Below are positions 37,924 to 49,960 of a DNA stretch of 64,000 nt, piece after piece (positions within the stretch are counted from its first letter, which is position 1; each line of letters starts with the position of its first letter). A program made the position numbers and the translations under genes. The notes under the pieces were generated by a model that had not been told where the DNA came from, ran no database searches, and was given only the letters and a program-made list of their open reading frames with translations. Source of the DNA: Pristiophorus japonicus (taxonomy: Eukaryota); the NCBI RefSeq assembly GCF_044704955.1, contig NC_091991.1, forward strand, positions 177,692,001 through 177,756,000. Reading direction: 5' to 3'.

Positions 37924-38346
37924 CATCTCATCGGCGGTCCCTCGAACGAGGATGACTTGCTTCCACGAGTTCACAGATGTTTCAATGAAGGACCTGATGT
38001 TCCAAATTTGAACTCCAATTGAGGGGGTGGAAGACGCCTGTGCGTGAATTTTTTAAACGTGTGGTGACCGTTGCACACCAGCCACCACACGGGCTTGTCA
38101 GAGCTAGGCCTTGGTCCAGTGGCAAGGATTAACCAAGATGCCTGGAGACCTGCTCTGTTGCACGGACTTAGCGCGCGCACATATCGCAGTGTGGGCTGGC
38201 CCGTGCTGCCCCGGGCCCTCGGCTCTTCTGGGGCCCCGTGCCCTCATCTGTCGCACCTCCGCCACAAACACTCGCCGCTCATCCGCCCCGACCTTCCCAA
38301 TCCTCTGTACCCGGGCCCTGCCGATGTTCCTGCCCACGCTCCAAAA
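37924..38346 (-). mobile_element. RTE-tailed SINE-like element inside a DeuSINE tail
   Basis: Flanked by duplicated TGGCTGT; body matches the copies at 4320 and 27731. Confidence 0.72.
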
Positions 38347-38588
38347 TGGCTGTAAAGCACTTTGGGATGTCCTGAGCTCATGAAATACTGACATACTCCC
38401 GGGAACCTCCTGAAAATACTGGCACAGTGCCTTGCCCTAAAGTCGAAATGACAGAGCCAATTGATTGTGGAGACGGTGATGAAACAGCAGCAGAAATGAT
38501 GTGCTATTAAATCAACAAATACAGTTGCAGTTCCCCCTCCCCGAGGGTTCATCCCCGCCACAGATTTGATTGCCTCAGTTGCACCTCA

Positions 38589-39032
<444 letters not shown>

Positions 39033-40249
39033 TCAAGTGAGTTGGAGAACTCAGCAGAGTGGAGGGTGTGTGCAACAACAACTTGTATTTAAATAGCGAC
39101 TTTAACGTAGTACCAATGCTGGTCAACAAGACTCAGTAAGGAATCTTCTTCGGAAGATGCCTGTGCAAGAATTCTTTTAACGTGTGGTGGCCGTTGCACA
39201 CCAACTACCACACGGGCTCGACAGAGCTAGGTCTTGGTCCAATGACAAGGGGACTGGAGACCAGGCTCAGCTGCATACGCCTAGTACACACACACACACA
39301 CACACACTCCTACTGTCCTAATTCTATGATTGCAACAGCGACTACACTCCAAAAAAGCACTTAATTGGCTGTAAAGCATTTTGGGATGCCCTGAGGTGGT
39401 GAAAGACCCTGTATTAAAAATGCACAATTCTGTTTTTTCTATGGAAGGCCTGGGAGAATCAGTGACCTTTCACCCCTGACTGGGGGCCCTGGGCTGGGGG
39501 GTGGACGGGGGGGGGGGGGGAGTGAATGGGGATCGAGTGGCCAGCCCAAATCCCACAGCATCAGGCTCAGAGAGCAGCAGGCCCGAGGCATCTGCACCAT
39601 CCCTAGCCTAGCAACGGCCGCGATCACCAGGTCCGAGCCGCTCTCTCCCTCCAAACCTTCTCCGGCATCGACCGGCCCAGCACACTCACTGTGCCCACCA
39701 CCAGGTTGTGCATCTTCCGCTGCTTCCATGCTCCTGGATGCGGGTGCGGGTGACAGAGGTTTGGAAGAGTTGCCGTTTACGTAGGGTGGAACGCGGGAGA
39801 CCGGCGAGGAGCATGCGGGAGTTGTGCAAAGGCACGGGCAAAAGTCTCAGCAGCATTGATGGAACTGGGGCAGAGGTGGTTTCGTTGGTGGTTAAATCTG
39901 CAGTTTGGTCACATAGCAACAGTGAGTGTATTCAGTCAGCGATTGGTTGTGTGGAAAGTTCTGTATTTCTGTAACCTCCTCCAGCCCTACAACCCTCCGA
40001 AATATCTGCCCTCCTCCAATTCTGGCCTCTTGCCGATCCCCAATTTTCATCGCTCGACCATTGCCGGCCGTGCTTTCAGCAGCCTTGGCCCTAAACTCTG
40101 AAATTCCCTCCCTAAACCTCGCCCCCTCTCTCTCCTCTGAGACGCTCCTTAAAACCTATCTCTTGTCCTAATATGTCCTTATGTGGCCCGGTGTCAAATT
40201 TTGCCAGACTATGCTCCTGTGAAGCACCCTGGCACATGTTGGCTATGTT

Positions 40250-41368
40250 AAACATAGAAAATAGGTGCAGGAGTAGGCCTTTCGGCCCTTCGAGCCTGCA
40301 CCACCATTCAATGAGTTCATGGCTGAACATGCAACTTCAGTACCCCATTCCTGCTTTCTTGCCATACTCCTTGATTCCCCTAGTAGTAAGGACTGCATCT
40401 AACTCCTTTTAAAATATATTTAGTGAATTGGCCTCAACAACTTTCTGTGGTAGAGAATTCCACAGGTTCACCACTCTCTGGGTGAAGAAGTTTCTCCTCA
40501 TCTCGGTCCTAAATGGCTTACCCCTTATCCTTAGACTGTGACCCCTGGTTCTGGACTTCCCCAACATTGGGAACATTCTTCCTGCATCTAACCTGTCTAA
40601 ACCCATCAGAATTTTAAACGTTTCTATGAGATCCCCTTATTCTTCTGAACTCTAGTGAATACAAGCCCAGTTGATCCAGTCTTTCTTGATATGTCAGTCC
40701 CACCATCCCGGGAATCAGTCTGGTGAACCTTTGCTGCACTCCCTCAATAGCAAGAATGTCCTTCCTCAAGTTAGGAGACCAAAACTGTACACAATACTCC
40801 AGGTGTGGCCTCACCAAGGCCCTGTATAACTGTAGCAACACCTCCCTGCCCCTGTACTCAAATCCCCTCGCTATGAAGGCCAACGTGCCATTTGCTTTCT
40901 TAACCGCCTGCTGTACCTGCATGCCAACCTTCAATGACTGATGTACCATGACACCCAGGTCTCGTTGCACCTCCCCTTTTCCTAATCTGTCACCATTCAG
41001 ATAATAGTCTGTCTCTGTTTTTACCACCAAAGTGGATAACCTCACATTTATCCACATTATACTTCATCTGCCATGCATTTGCCCACTCACCTAACCTATC
41101 CAAGTCGCTCTGCAGCCTCATAGCATCCTCCTCGCAGCTCACACTGCCACCCAACTTTGTGTCATCCGCAAATTTGGAGATACTACATTTAATCCCCTCG
41201 TCTAAATCATTAATGTACAATGTAAACAGCTGGGGCCCCAGCACAGAACCTTGCGGCACCCCACTAGTCACTGCCTGCCATTCTGAAAAGTACCCATTTA
41301 CTCCTACTCTTTGCTTCCTGTCTGCCAACCAGTTCTCAATCCACGTCAGCACACTACCCCCAATCCCA
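40250..41368 (-). mobile_element. Young CR1 3' part inserted in an L2 tail
   Basis: ORFs 40990..41406, 40614..41057, 40409..40606; the L2 tail resumes at about 41368 (aaggcgccatataaatgcaag). Confidence 0.9.
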
Positions 41369-41520
41369 AGGCGCCATATAAATGCAAGTTGTTTTGTTTT
41401 AGTCATTCCTGGGATGTGGGAGTCGCTGGCGAGGCCGGCATTTATTGCCCATCCCTAACTACCTTTGAGAAGGTGGTGGTGAGACGCCTTCTTGAACCGC
41501 TGCAGTCCGTGTGGTGAAGG

Positions 41521-42135
41521 ATCTGAGGCATGGATGATGTACAGAAGACACCTCAAGTCGCTGGAGATATATCACCAACGATGTCTCCGCAAGATCCTGC
41601 AAATCCCCTGGGAGGACAGGCGCACCAGTGTCCTCGCCCAGGCTAACAGCCCCAGTGTTGAAGCACTGACCACACTCGATCAGCTTCGCTGGGCAGGCCA
41701 CATAGTTCGCATGACAGACACGAGACTCCCTAAGCACATGCTTTATGCGGAACTCCTTCATGGCAAACGAGCCAAAGGTGGGCAGCGGAAACGTTACAAG
41801 GACACCCTCAAAGCCTCCCTGGTAAAGTGCGACATCACCACTGACACCTGGGAGACCCTGGCCGAAGACAGCCCGAGGTGGAGAAAGTTCATCCAGGAGG
41901 GCATTGAGCTCTTCGAATCTCAACGCTGAGAGCGTGAAGAGGTCACGCGCAGACAGCGGAAGGAGCGTGCGGCAAACCAGTCCCATCCAACCCTTCCCTC
42001 GACGAATGTTTGTCCCACCTTTAACAGGGTCTGTGGCTCTCGTATTGGACTATTCAACCATCACAGAACTCACTTTCGGAGTGGAAGCAAGTCCTCCTCG
42101 ATTCCGAGGGACTGCCTATGATGATGATGATGATG
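41521..42135 (+). mobile_element. RTE LINE 3' fragment
   Basis: ORF 41492..41929 with HQRCLRKILQIPWED...QLRWAGHIVRM; (GAT)n tail. Confidence 0.88.
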
Positions 42136-42289
42136 AGGTACTCTCACAGTGCTGTTCGGGAGGGAGCTCCAGGGTTTTGACCCAGCGACAATGAAGGAAC
42201 AAGAGACAGTTGAGAGGATCTGGCTCGTGTCAGATTATTATAGCAATGTTCGATGGGGAGATGAAGTACTTTAACATAAATATATAAAA

Positions 42290-42830
42290 CAAACCGGGCC
42301 TTTACCTGTCGGTACGATGGCAAATGTTGTAAACAGAGCTGGACCCCGGGCTCCCCGAGTCACACCCAAATCTCCCTCCTAGGAAACAAAACCTCACCGC
42401 CCAAAACCAACCTCACAATCTCTGGCCGAGCCGCCCGCTCCGCAATAAATCCAGAATAAAAGATTTATATCCTTCAATAAATATACACATTTAAAACGTA
42501 TTCGCTCGGTTCTCAGATATTGGAGATACAGAAATAAAATTCTGTGCAAAATGCATTTCAGCGCGCGACCCTTTTTGTGATTTAATTTTTTAATCAAATT
42601 GCAAACAAGTTGCTCTGGGCAGCACCCGGGGTCGCGGCTGGAAGCCGAGTCTGCTTTCTCCCGCTCCCCCGCTCACTTCTTGTTTCCGGCCGGCCTGCAT
42701 TGAGTGTAACTCTCCTCGAGGGTGTCTGCCGGCGAGCGCCGAATCGATTCTAATTGCCGGCGGTGGATTGGAGTCCGAGGTGGTGTGGAGGGAAGCGAGT
42801 CTGTCAACCAGGTACCTGTCCCGGGCTCTC
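42290..42830. promoter_or_regulatory. CpG-rich bidirectional promoter shared by MRM2 (-) and NUDT1 (+), with short first exons
   Basis: Main CpG-dense unique stretch between the divergent genes; ETS-like TTTCCGG at about 42683; plus donor CAG|GTACCT at 42812 (NUDT1); minus donors GAA|GTGAGC at 42676 and CAG|GTAAAG at 42305 (MRM2). Confidence 0.7.
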
Positions 42831-42974
42831 CTCTGGAGCAAAGCTTCATTCATCAAAAGTAGCAATAGATACATTGTTCCATTGGATACATTGTTTCTTC
42901 CATTGGATACCTCTTGCCCTTGTAACCAGGCATCTTTCGATCAGGCACTCTACATCGAGTTCAACAATTTCAGA

Positions 42975-43492
42975 GGAAGGACGTTCTTGCTATTGAGGGA
43001 GTGCAGCGAAGGTTCACCAGACTGATTCCCGGGATGGCAGGACTGCCATATGAAGAAAGACTGGATCGACTAGGCTTGTATTCACTAGAATTTAGAAGAA
43101 TGAGAGGGGACCTCATAGAAACGTATAAAATTCTGACGGGACTGGACAGGTTAGATGCAGGAACATTGTTCCCAATGTTGGGGAAGTCCAGAACCAGGGG
43201 TCACAGTCTAAGGGTAAGGGGTAAGCCATTTAGGACCGAGATGAGGAGAAACTTCTTCACTCAGAGAATTGTGAACCTGTGGAATTCTCTACCACAGAGA
43301 GTTGTTGAGGCCAGTTCGTTAGATATATTCAAAAGGGAGTTAGATATGGCCCTTACGGCTAAAGGGATCAAGGGGTATAGAGAGAAAGCAAGAATGGGGT
43401 ACTGAAGTTGCATGATCAGCTATGATCTTATTGAATGGTGGTGCAGGTTCGAAGGGCCGAATGGCCTGCTCCTGCACCTATTTTCCATGTTT
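42975..43492 (+). mobile_element. CR1 3' fragment
   Basis: ORF 43001..43405 QRRFTRLIPGMAGL...KGY. Confidence 0.9.
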
Positions 43493-43616
43493 GCCCCTAT
43501 CTTTCACATGGCAGCTGTCGATGTTTCTGCCATTCCCAATTACACCTCTTCTCGACTCACCTTTTGTATTTTTACATCCCATTACCATCTCATTTTTGCT
43601 TTGTACTATCATCAGT

Positions 43617-44055
43617 GGCAGCTGTGGCTCGGTTGGTAACACTCTCGCCTCTGGGTCTGGAGGGTTGTGACTCAAAGATCTAGGCTGACGCCCCAGGGCA
43701 GTGCTGAGGGAGTGCTGCACTGTCGGAGGTGCCGTATTTCGGATGAGACGTTAAACCGAGACCCCGTCTTCCTTCTCAGATGGACATAAAAGATCCCACG
43801 GCACTATTTCGAAGGAGAGCAGGGGAGTTATCTTCGGTGTCCAGACCAATATTTATCCCTCACTCAACATCACAAAAACAGATTATCTGGTCTTTATCAC
43901 ATTGTTGTTTGTGGGAGCTTGCTGTGTGCAAATTTAGGCTGCCACCTTTCTTCCATTACAACAGTGAGTACACTTCAAAAGTACTTCATTGGCTGTAAAG
44001 CGCTTTGAGACGTCGGTGGTTGTGAAAGGTGCTATATAAATGCAAGTCTTTCTTA
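43617..44055 (+). mobile_element. Full-length DeuSINE copy (another at about 44900-45325)
   Basis: Head, core and tail as above. Confidence 0.85.
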
Positions 44056-44061
44056 ATCCTT

Positions 44062-44320
44062 TTGTCATTTAATCTCTCCTGCCCTCCACCCTGTCATGGA
44101 CTTTCCCTTTTGTTCTTTCCTCCCCTCCCCCCTTTACTTGCCTCTGCACCTGCTTAAAATCTTTTGCATCTCTAACTTTTTCCAGCTCTGATGAAAGGCC
44201 ATCGACCTGAAACATTAACTCTGTGTTTCTCTCTCCACAGATGCTGCCTGACCCGCTGAGTATTTCCAGCAGTTTCTGTTTCTATTTCAGATTTCCAGCA
44301 CCCGCAGTATTTTGCTTTTG
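44062..44320 (+). mobile_element. Penelope-like element terminal repeat fragment
   Basis: Pyrimidine-rich stretch followed by CTGATGAAAGG...CCTGAAAC...ACAGATGCTGCCTGACC...TCCAGCA, the organisation I recognise from fish/shark Penelope pseudo-LTRs. Confidence 0.65.
44182..44223 (+). ncRNA. Degenerate minimal type I hammerhead ribozyme motif
   Basis: CTGATGA (44188-44194), stem II AGG-ccatcga-CCT, GAAA (44209-44212); flanks CAGCT / AACTCTG pair partially as stem I. Confidence 0.55.
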
Positions 44321-45325
44321 TACTGGTCTTTTGATTATTGCCCTTTGTTCCTGACTCAGGAAGCTGCATTTCCATCGATAAGATGACATTGCAACAGTGA
44401 CTGCAATTCACAAAGTGCTTCATTAGCTGTAAAGCCCTTTAAGCCGCCCTGAAGTCATGAAAGGTGCAACTTCTTTACTTACCCCCTCACGTTCCACTGC
44501 CTTCCAGGGAGCAGGAGATTTTTTTTAAACACACAAAGGACGTGAGGCTGTGCATTGGATTAATGTTTGAACCGTGGGCTCGCCACCTCCTCCAGCCCTA
44601 CAACCTTACTCAAACTCTGCGTTCCTTTAAATCTGGCCTCTTGCCCATCCCCAACTCACTTTGCTCCACCATTGGTGGCCGTGCCTTCAGCTGCCTGGGC
44701 CCAAGCTCTGGAACTCCCTCCCTAAACCTCTCCGCCTCTCTCTCCTCCTTTAAGACACTCCTTAAAACCCATCTCTTTCAACAAGCTATTCGTCATCTGT
44801 CCTAATATCTCCTCATGTGGTTTGGTGTCAAAATTTGTTTGATAACGTCCCTGCAAAGCATTTGGAACATTTTACTATGTTAAACTATTTTACTATGTGT
44901 CAGCTGTGGCTCAGTGGGTAGCACTCTCGCCTCCCGAGTCAGAAGGTTGTGGGTTCAAGTCCCACTCCAGAGACTTGAACACAAAAATCTAGGCTGACAC
45001 TCCAGTGCAGTGCTGAGAGAGTGCCATCTTTCAGATGAGACGTTAAACCGAGGCCCCGTCTGCTCTCTCAGGTGGAAGTAAAAGATCCCAGGGCACTATT
45101 TCGAAGAAGAACAGGTGAGTTATCCCCGGTGTCCTGGTCAATATTTATCCCCCCAATCGACACAACAAAAACAGATGATCTGGGTCATTATCACGTTACT
45201 ATTTGTGGGAGCTTGCTGTGCACAAATTGGCTGTCCCTGCATTACAGCAGTGACTACATTTCAAAAGTACTTCATTGGCTTTAAAACACTGGGACATCCT
45301 GAGGTCGTGAAAGGTGCTATTGAAA

Positions 45326-45910
45326 TAAGAACATAAGAAATAGGAGTAGACAATTCAGCATATCGAGCCTGCTCCGCCATTCTATAAGATCATGGCTGAT
45401 CTTCTACCTCAACTCCACTTTCCTGCACTGTCCCTATATAACTTGATTCCCTTAATATCCAAAAATCTATCGGTCTCTGTCTTGAATATACTCAAAGACT
45501 GAGTCTCCACAGCCCTCTGGGGTAGAGAATTCCAAAGATTCACCACCTTTTGAGTAAAGAAGTTTCTCCTCAGCTCAGACCTAAATATCGACCCCTTATT
45601 CTGAGACTGTGACCCCCCTGGTTCGAGACTCCTCAGCCAGGGGGAACATCTATCCTGTCAAGCCCTGTAAGAATTTTGTATGTTTCAATGAGATCACCTC
45701 TCAATCCAGAGAATATAGGCCTAGTCTACTCAATCCACCCATCCCAGGAATCAGACTGGTAAACATGCGTTGCACTCCCTCTATGGCAAGTATATCCTTC
45801 CTTAGGTAAGGAGAACAAAACTGTACACAATACTCCAGGTGTGGTCTCACCAGGGCCCTATGTAATTGCAGTAGGGCATCTTTACTCTTGCACTCAAATC
45901 CCCTTGCAAT
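45326..45910 (-). mobile_element. CR1 3' fragment
   Basis: CR1 tail (aacataagaaatagg) and LEYCVQF-coding sequence on the minus strand. Confidence 0.8.
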
Positions 45911-46036
45911 ATGCGGGTCTTTCTTTTTTTAAAGGCGCTCTATAAATGCAGGTTGTTGATTGGCGTACCAGAGCTGTTTAACACCCGTTTCTTCTTGATC
46001 GAGGGCCAGCTGTTGAGCAGTTGCTGTTGCGGAGTG

Positions 46037-46188
46037 ATGGTCACCACAAAGCTGTTGACCCTGGTGATGGTGGTGAGGCCACGGCAGATCCTCCTGGGGA
46101 TGAAGAAACGGGGGTTCGGGGTCGGCCGGTGGAATGGCTTTGGAGGCAAAGTGCAGCCTGGGGAAACCATAGAGCAAGGAGCAAAGAG
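46037..46188 (+). CDS. NUDT1: NUDT1 (MTH1, oxidized purine dNTP hydrolase) coding exon 1 (152 nt)
   Basis: [50 protein letters not shown](R); diagnostic MTH1 motif [21 protein letters not shown]; donor AG|GTaaca. Confidence 0.96.
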
Positions 46189-46421
46189 GTAACATTTGTG
46201 GAGCTTTATATCAATCAGTCACCGAAAAAGATGCTAACTCTCGCTTGGGGCATCCAGCTCAGAACAATAAATGTCGCTGTGTGGTTTGACCAGAGAGGGT
46301 GTCGCAGGTAAGCCCGGTCCTGTCCTGATCCACACACACTCATTCATTCATGTGTGGATCTGGATGGTGATCAGCAGCGAGTATCCTGACTTATTTATTC
46401 CCCCCCTCTGGTATAGGTGTA

Positions 46422-47881
46422 CGTAATGTATTTGCTTCATGGGTTCTTTGCTTAAGAATTCATAGCAACACATTGCTAATAAACCAATGAATTGTTAATG
46501 GCAAAGGTTTAACAATCACACTACACATTACCAGTTCATCCACCAGGCTCACAACCACCTGCCTCATCGTGGGCTCCCTGAAACCTGGGGTTTTATTGAG
46601 TCTTGTGAACATCACGTGACTGGCTAAGCCACTCACAACTCAATGGCGCCAAGTTTCCACAGGAGTTGTTCCTATTTATTTGGAGCAACTAGTTTTTTTT
46701 TGGAGTATCTTAAAAATCGCAATTCTCCACATTTAGTTAGCTCCAGTTTCAGTGAGTTAGTTCAGTTTCTTTTTAGTTTAGTTTTTTTTCAAAGGGGAAG
46801 TTACCAGCCACTTACGCCTGTTTTGGCCATTTAAGCAAGTTTAGACCATGAAAAGTTACTCCAAACTAACTTAGGCCAGCGTATGTGGCCACTTTTCGGG
46901 GGGGAGGTAGGGAAGTTAGAGGATTTTCCAAAGCACTAAACACCTTCACAACAACATTAAAGAAGCATAAGTACATTTAAAGCACCAAGACTTACAAAGC
47001 ACTAAACAAAGCACAAAAAGTAATAAGCAATTAATTAACAAATAAAAAATAGAAGGAACCCTGCACCAAAAGCACCAAGACCAAAGTAATAAGCAATCAA
47101 TGTGAAGGGAAGGCAGGGGCCACCGAGGAGGAGAGGGAGAGAGGGGGGAAGGGAGAGGAGAGGAGAGGGAGGAGGAGGTGGGGCGACAACGTAAAACAGA
47201 CGGGCCTGCCCAGGTCCCATCCTACTCACGTCTTGGTCTTTGGCAAGTTAGTGGAAGGTGCCCCTGGTACTGTGGAACAGTATCCATTATAACTCACTGC
47301 TTTCAGAAGAGTAGCAAGAGGAGAAAATCAGAAGGATATATGCTAGCCATCACTTCCTTATTGAAAGGGCTATTTTCTCCAACGCTATTAAGACATGAAC
47401 TGCAAGAATATCCAAGTCTTTGACCATCTTTCCTGTTTGATGACTTATCGTCGCGCTAGATTCATTGAAAACAGTAATAAACACAACACAGAGGGGCCAC
47501 ATTCCCTCGCAGGTACGTGGCGGGGAGCCCATTCGGCCAGGGCTAGGGGTGGCGTGCTTTTGGCCCCTCCCATACAGCCTGCAACACACGCACACAGAAT
47601 CTGGGGGCGAGGAGCTGCGACACATGCGCGCGCACTCTAGCGTGCATGTGCAGAGGTCCCGGCACTGTTTTCAGCGCCGGGACCTGGCTCCGCCCCCCGC
47701 CGCTGGTTCTGCTGCACTCCGCCGAGTCCGAAGGAGGCCTGATGAGCGTGGAGAATACAACAGTAAGGATTAGGCACGATTTTTGTTCCAGAAAGTTGGC
47801 GGACCTCACGGAGGTGCGCCGTTTTAAGGGTCAGTGGAAACTTGGCCCCAATAGCTCTACCAGCCTGTGAGCATACTTACA
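46422..47881 (-). mobile_element. Solo LTR (about 255 bp, split by a MITE)
   Basis: Ends CGTAA (TGTAA-like)...TTACA flanked by a perfect 5-bp TSD GTGTA (46417-46421, 47882-47886); AATAAA on the minus strand near 46592. Confidence 0.7.
46645..47849. mobile_element. Non-autonomous DNA transposon (PIF/Harbinger-like MITE, 1.2 kb)
   Basis: 16-bp TIRs GGCGCCAAGTTTCCAC / GTGGAAACTTGGCCCC (15/16 match), 3-bp TSD AAT; no transposase ORF. Confidence 0.8.
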
Positions 47882-48807
47882 GTGTACTAAGGAAAATTCT
47901 AGCCTGTGCCGGCTCTTTGAAAGGGCTAACCAAATTAGTCCCACTTCCCCTGCTCGTTTCCCGTAGCCCTGCACAATCTTTTCCTTCACAAGGATTTATC
48001 CAATTCCTTTTTGAAAGTTATTATTGACTCTGCTTCCACCGCCCTTTCAGGCAGCGTATTCCAGATCATAACGACTCGCTGCATAAAAAGAAAATGGGGT
48101 ACTGAAGTTGCATGATCAGCCATGATCATATTAAATGGCGGTGCAGGCTCGAAGAGCCGAATGGCCTACTCCTGCACCTATTTTCTATGTTTCCTCATCT
48201 CCCCTCTGGTTCTCTCACTGAATGCCTTAAATCTGTGACCTCTGGCTAGTGACCCTCGTGCCACTGGAAACAGTTTCTGCCTATCTACTCTATCAAAACT
48301 CTCAATTTTGAATACCTCTATTCAATCTCTCTCTAACCTTTTCTGCTCAAAGGAGAACCCAGCTTCTCCAATCTCTCCACGTAACTGAATTCCCTCATTC
48401 CCTGCAACCATTCTAGTAAATCTCCTCTGCACCCTTTCCAAGGCCTTGACATCCTTCTTAAACTGTGCTGCCCAGAATTGGACACAGTACTCCAGCTAGT
48501 TCTTCGCAGACAGGAGCTTGAATCCGCAGCCTTCTGGGCCAGGGGCGGGGTTTAGTATCACATTACCTTTAGCCACGAGGCAGCGGGGAAACTGTTGGCC
48601 TCTCGTTAATCCGTGTGTCAGTGAATGCAGCTCTCCGTGCTGTCCAATGGAGTTTGAGGTACAGATCAGACATGATCCCATTGAATGGCAGAACAGGCTC
48701 GAGGGGCTGAATGGCCTCCTCCTGTTTCCTGTGGTCCAGTCATCGGAAGTATTCTTTAGTATCCTCCTTTTTAATTTGTTTTTAAAGTAAAGTACTTCCT
48801 TCCTCAG

Positions 48808-48953
48808 GGAATTATGGGAGGAGAGTAGTCTGACTGCGCAGAGCTTGGAAAAAATCGGACGCATCAAGTTTGAATTTGTCGGAGAGACGGAAATCATGGA
48901 CGTTCACATATTCCGGACGGACAGTTACCAAGGGGAACCAGCGGAATCGGAAG
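48808..48953 (+). CDS. NUDT1: NUDT1 coding exon 2 (146 nt)
   Basis: cctcAG|...|GTaatg; [48 protein letters not shown] completes the Nudix box. Confidence 0.95.
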
Positions 48954-49074
48954 GTAATGGTTATGCTTCAAAAGTCTTTCTTTGACTGCGAAGCGCTTTG
49001 GGGCGCAGTAAGCATGTGTTCAAATCCCTCCATGGCCTCGCCCCTTGCTCTGTAACCTCCTCTAGCCCGACAAC

Positions 49075-49216
49075 CAATATTCTCCTTTAAGCTGCGGAGC
49101 CACGCAGCACTCTGCAGCTCCCGCACCGCCGGCTCACCAACTTCTAAATAGGAAAAACCGGGCTTGTGCCATATTAATGAACCGCACACCCCAAAAAAAC
49201 ATTCAAGGGAACATTG
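49075..49216. mobile_element. Short hAT-like MITE inserted in an L2 tail
   Basis: Imperfect TIRs CAATATTCTC / GGGAACATTG; degenerate 8-9 bp target duplication (cccgacaac / ccctccaac); the L2 is colinear on both sides. Confidence 0.55.
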
Positions 49217-49631
49217 CCCTCCAACCCGCTGAGATCTCGGGACTCCTCCAATTCTGGCCTCTTCATATCCCCGATTTCCTGCAGCCACCATTGGCAGCCG
49301 TGCCTTTAGCTGCTTACGGTCTAAGCTCTGGAATTCCCTCCCTAAACCTCGCCGCCTCGCTCTCCTCCATTAAGACGCTCCTGAAAACCTACCGCTTTCG
49401 GCCATCTGACCTAATATCTCCTTATGTGGCTCGGTGTCAAATTTTGTCTGATCACCCTCCAGTGACGCACCTTGGGGCATTTTAGTAGGTTAAAGGCGCT
49501 ATATAAATGCAAGTTGTTGTCGAGCACGATGCAATCACTCAGTTTTTTGTTTTGTATTTGCTGTATTGGATTTGAAAAGCAGCATTTGAATTGTTCAGCA
49601 CTCTCCGCCTCCTATTCACTGCTTCCCACAG

Positions 49632-49822
49632 AGATGCGTCCGCAGTGGTTCGACATGGACAAGATCCCGTTTGACACGATGTGGCCTGACGACATCATCT
49701 GGTTCCCCCTGCTGTTTCAGAAAAAGTTGTTTGAGGGTTATTTCAAGTTCGAAGGACACACCACCATCCTGGATTACACGCTGCAGGAAGTGCAGGAGCT
49801 GGCTGCTGACCAGGCGTCCTGA
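49632..49822 (+). CDS. NUDT1: NUDT1 last coding exon (191 nt including stop)
   Basis: ccacAG|; (E)[62 protein letters not shown]; substrate-recognition WPDD intact; total CDS 489 nt. Confidence 0.96.
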
Positions 49823-49954
49823 TGCTCACACTTTGCATGGAAATACAGGGGGCGGTGGAGGATGGTGGGAGAGGTTTAACAAATGTTGAAACACGTTCAG
49901 TGTAGCAAACGGTTAGCAACACCTGCTGCAATTTTCTTTTCTCTCGGTGGAAGA

Positions 49955-49960
49955 ATTAAA
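49955..49960 (+). terminator. Candidate NUDT1 polyadenylation signal ATTAAA (distal AATAAA at 51474-51479)
   Basis: ATTAAA about 130 nt after the stop, followed by a T-rich downstream tract at 49982-49992. Confidence 0.5.

Noticed and set aside
39440-39960. GC-rich segment with a faint Myb/SANT-like peptide (WKQRKMHNL) on the minus strand
   Set aside because: Too short and frameshifted to call; possibly a decayed Harbinger fragment, and no TIRs were found.
45911-46036. In-frame N-terminal extension of NUDT1 (like long MTH1 isoforms)
   Set aside because: The upstream ATG lies at a CR1/L2-tail junction upstream of the acceptor AG at 46020, so it is probably intronic.
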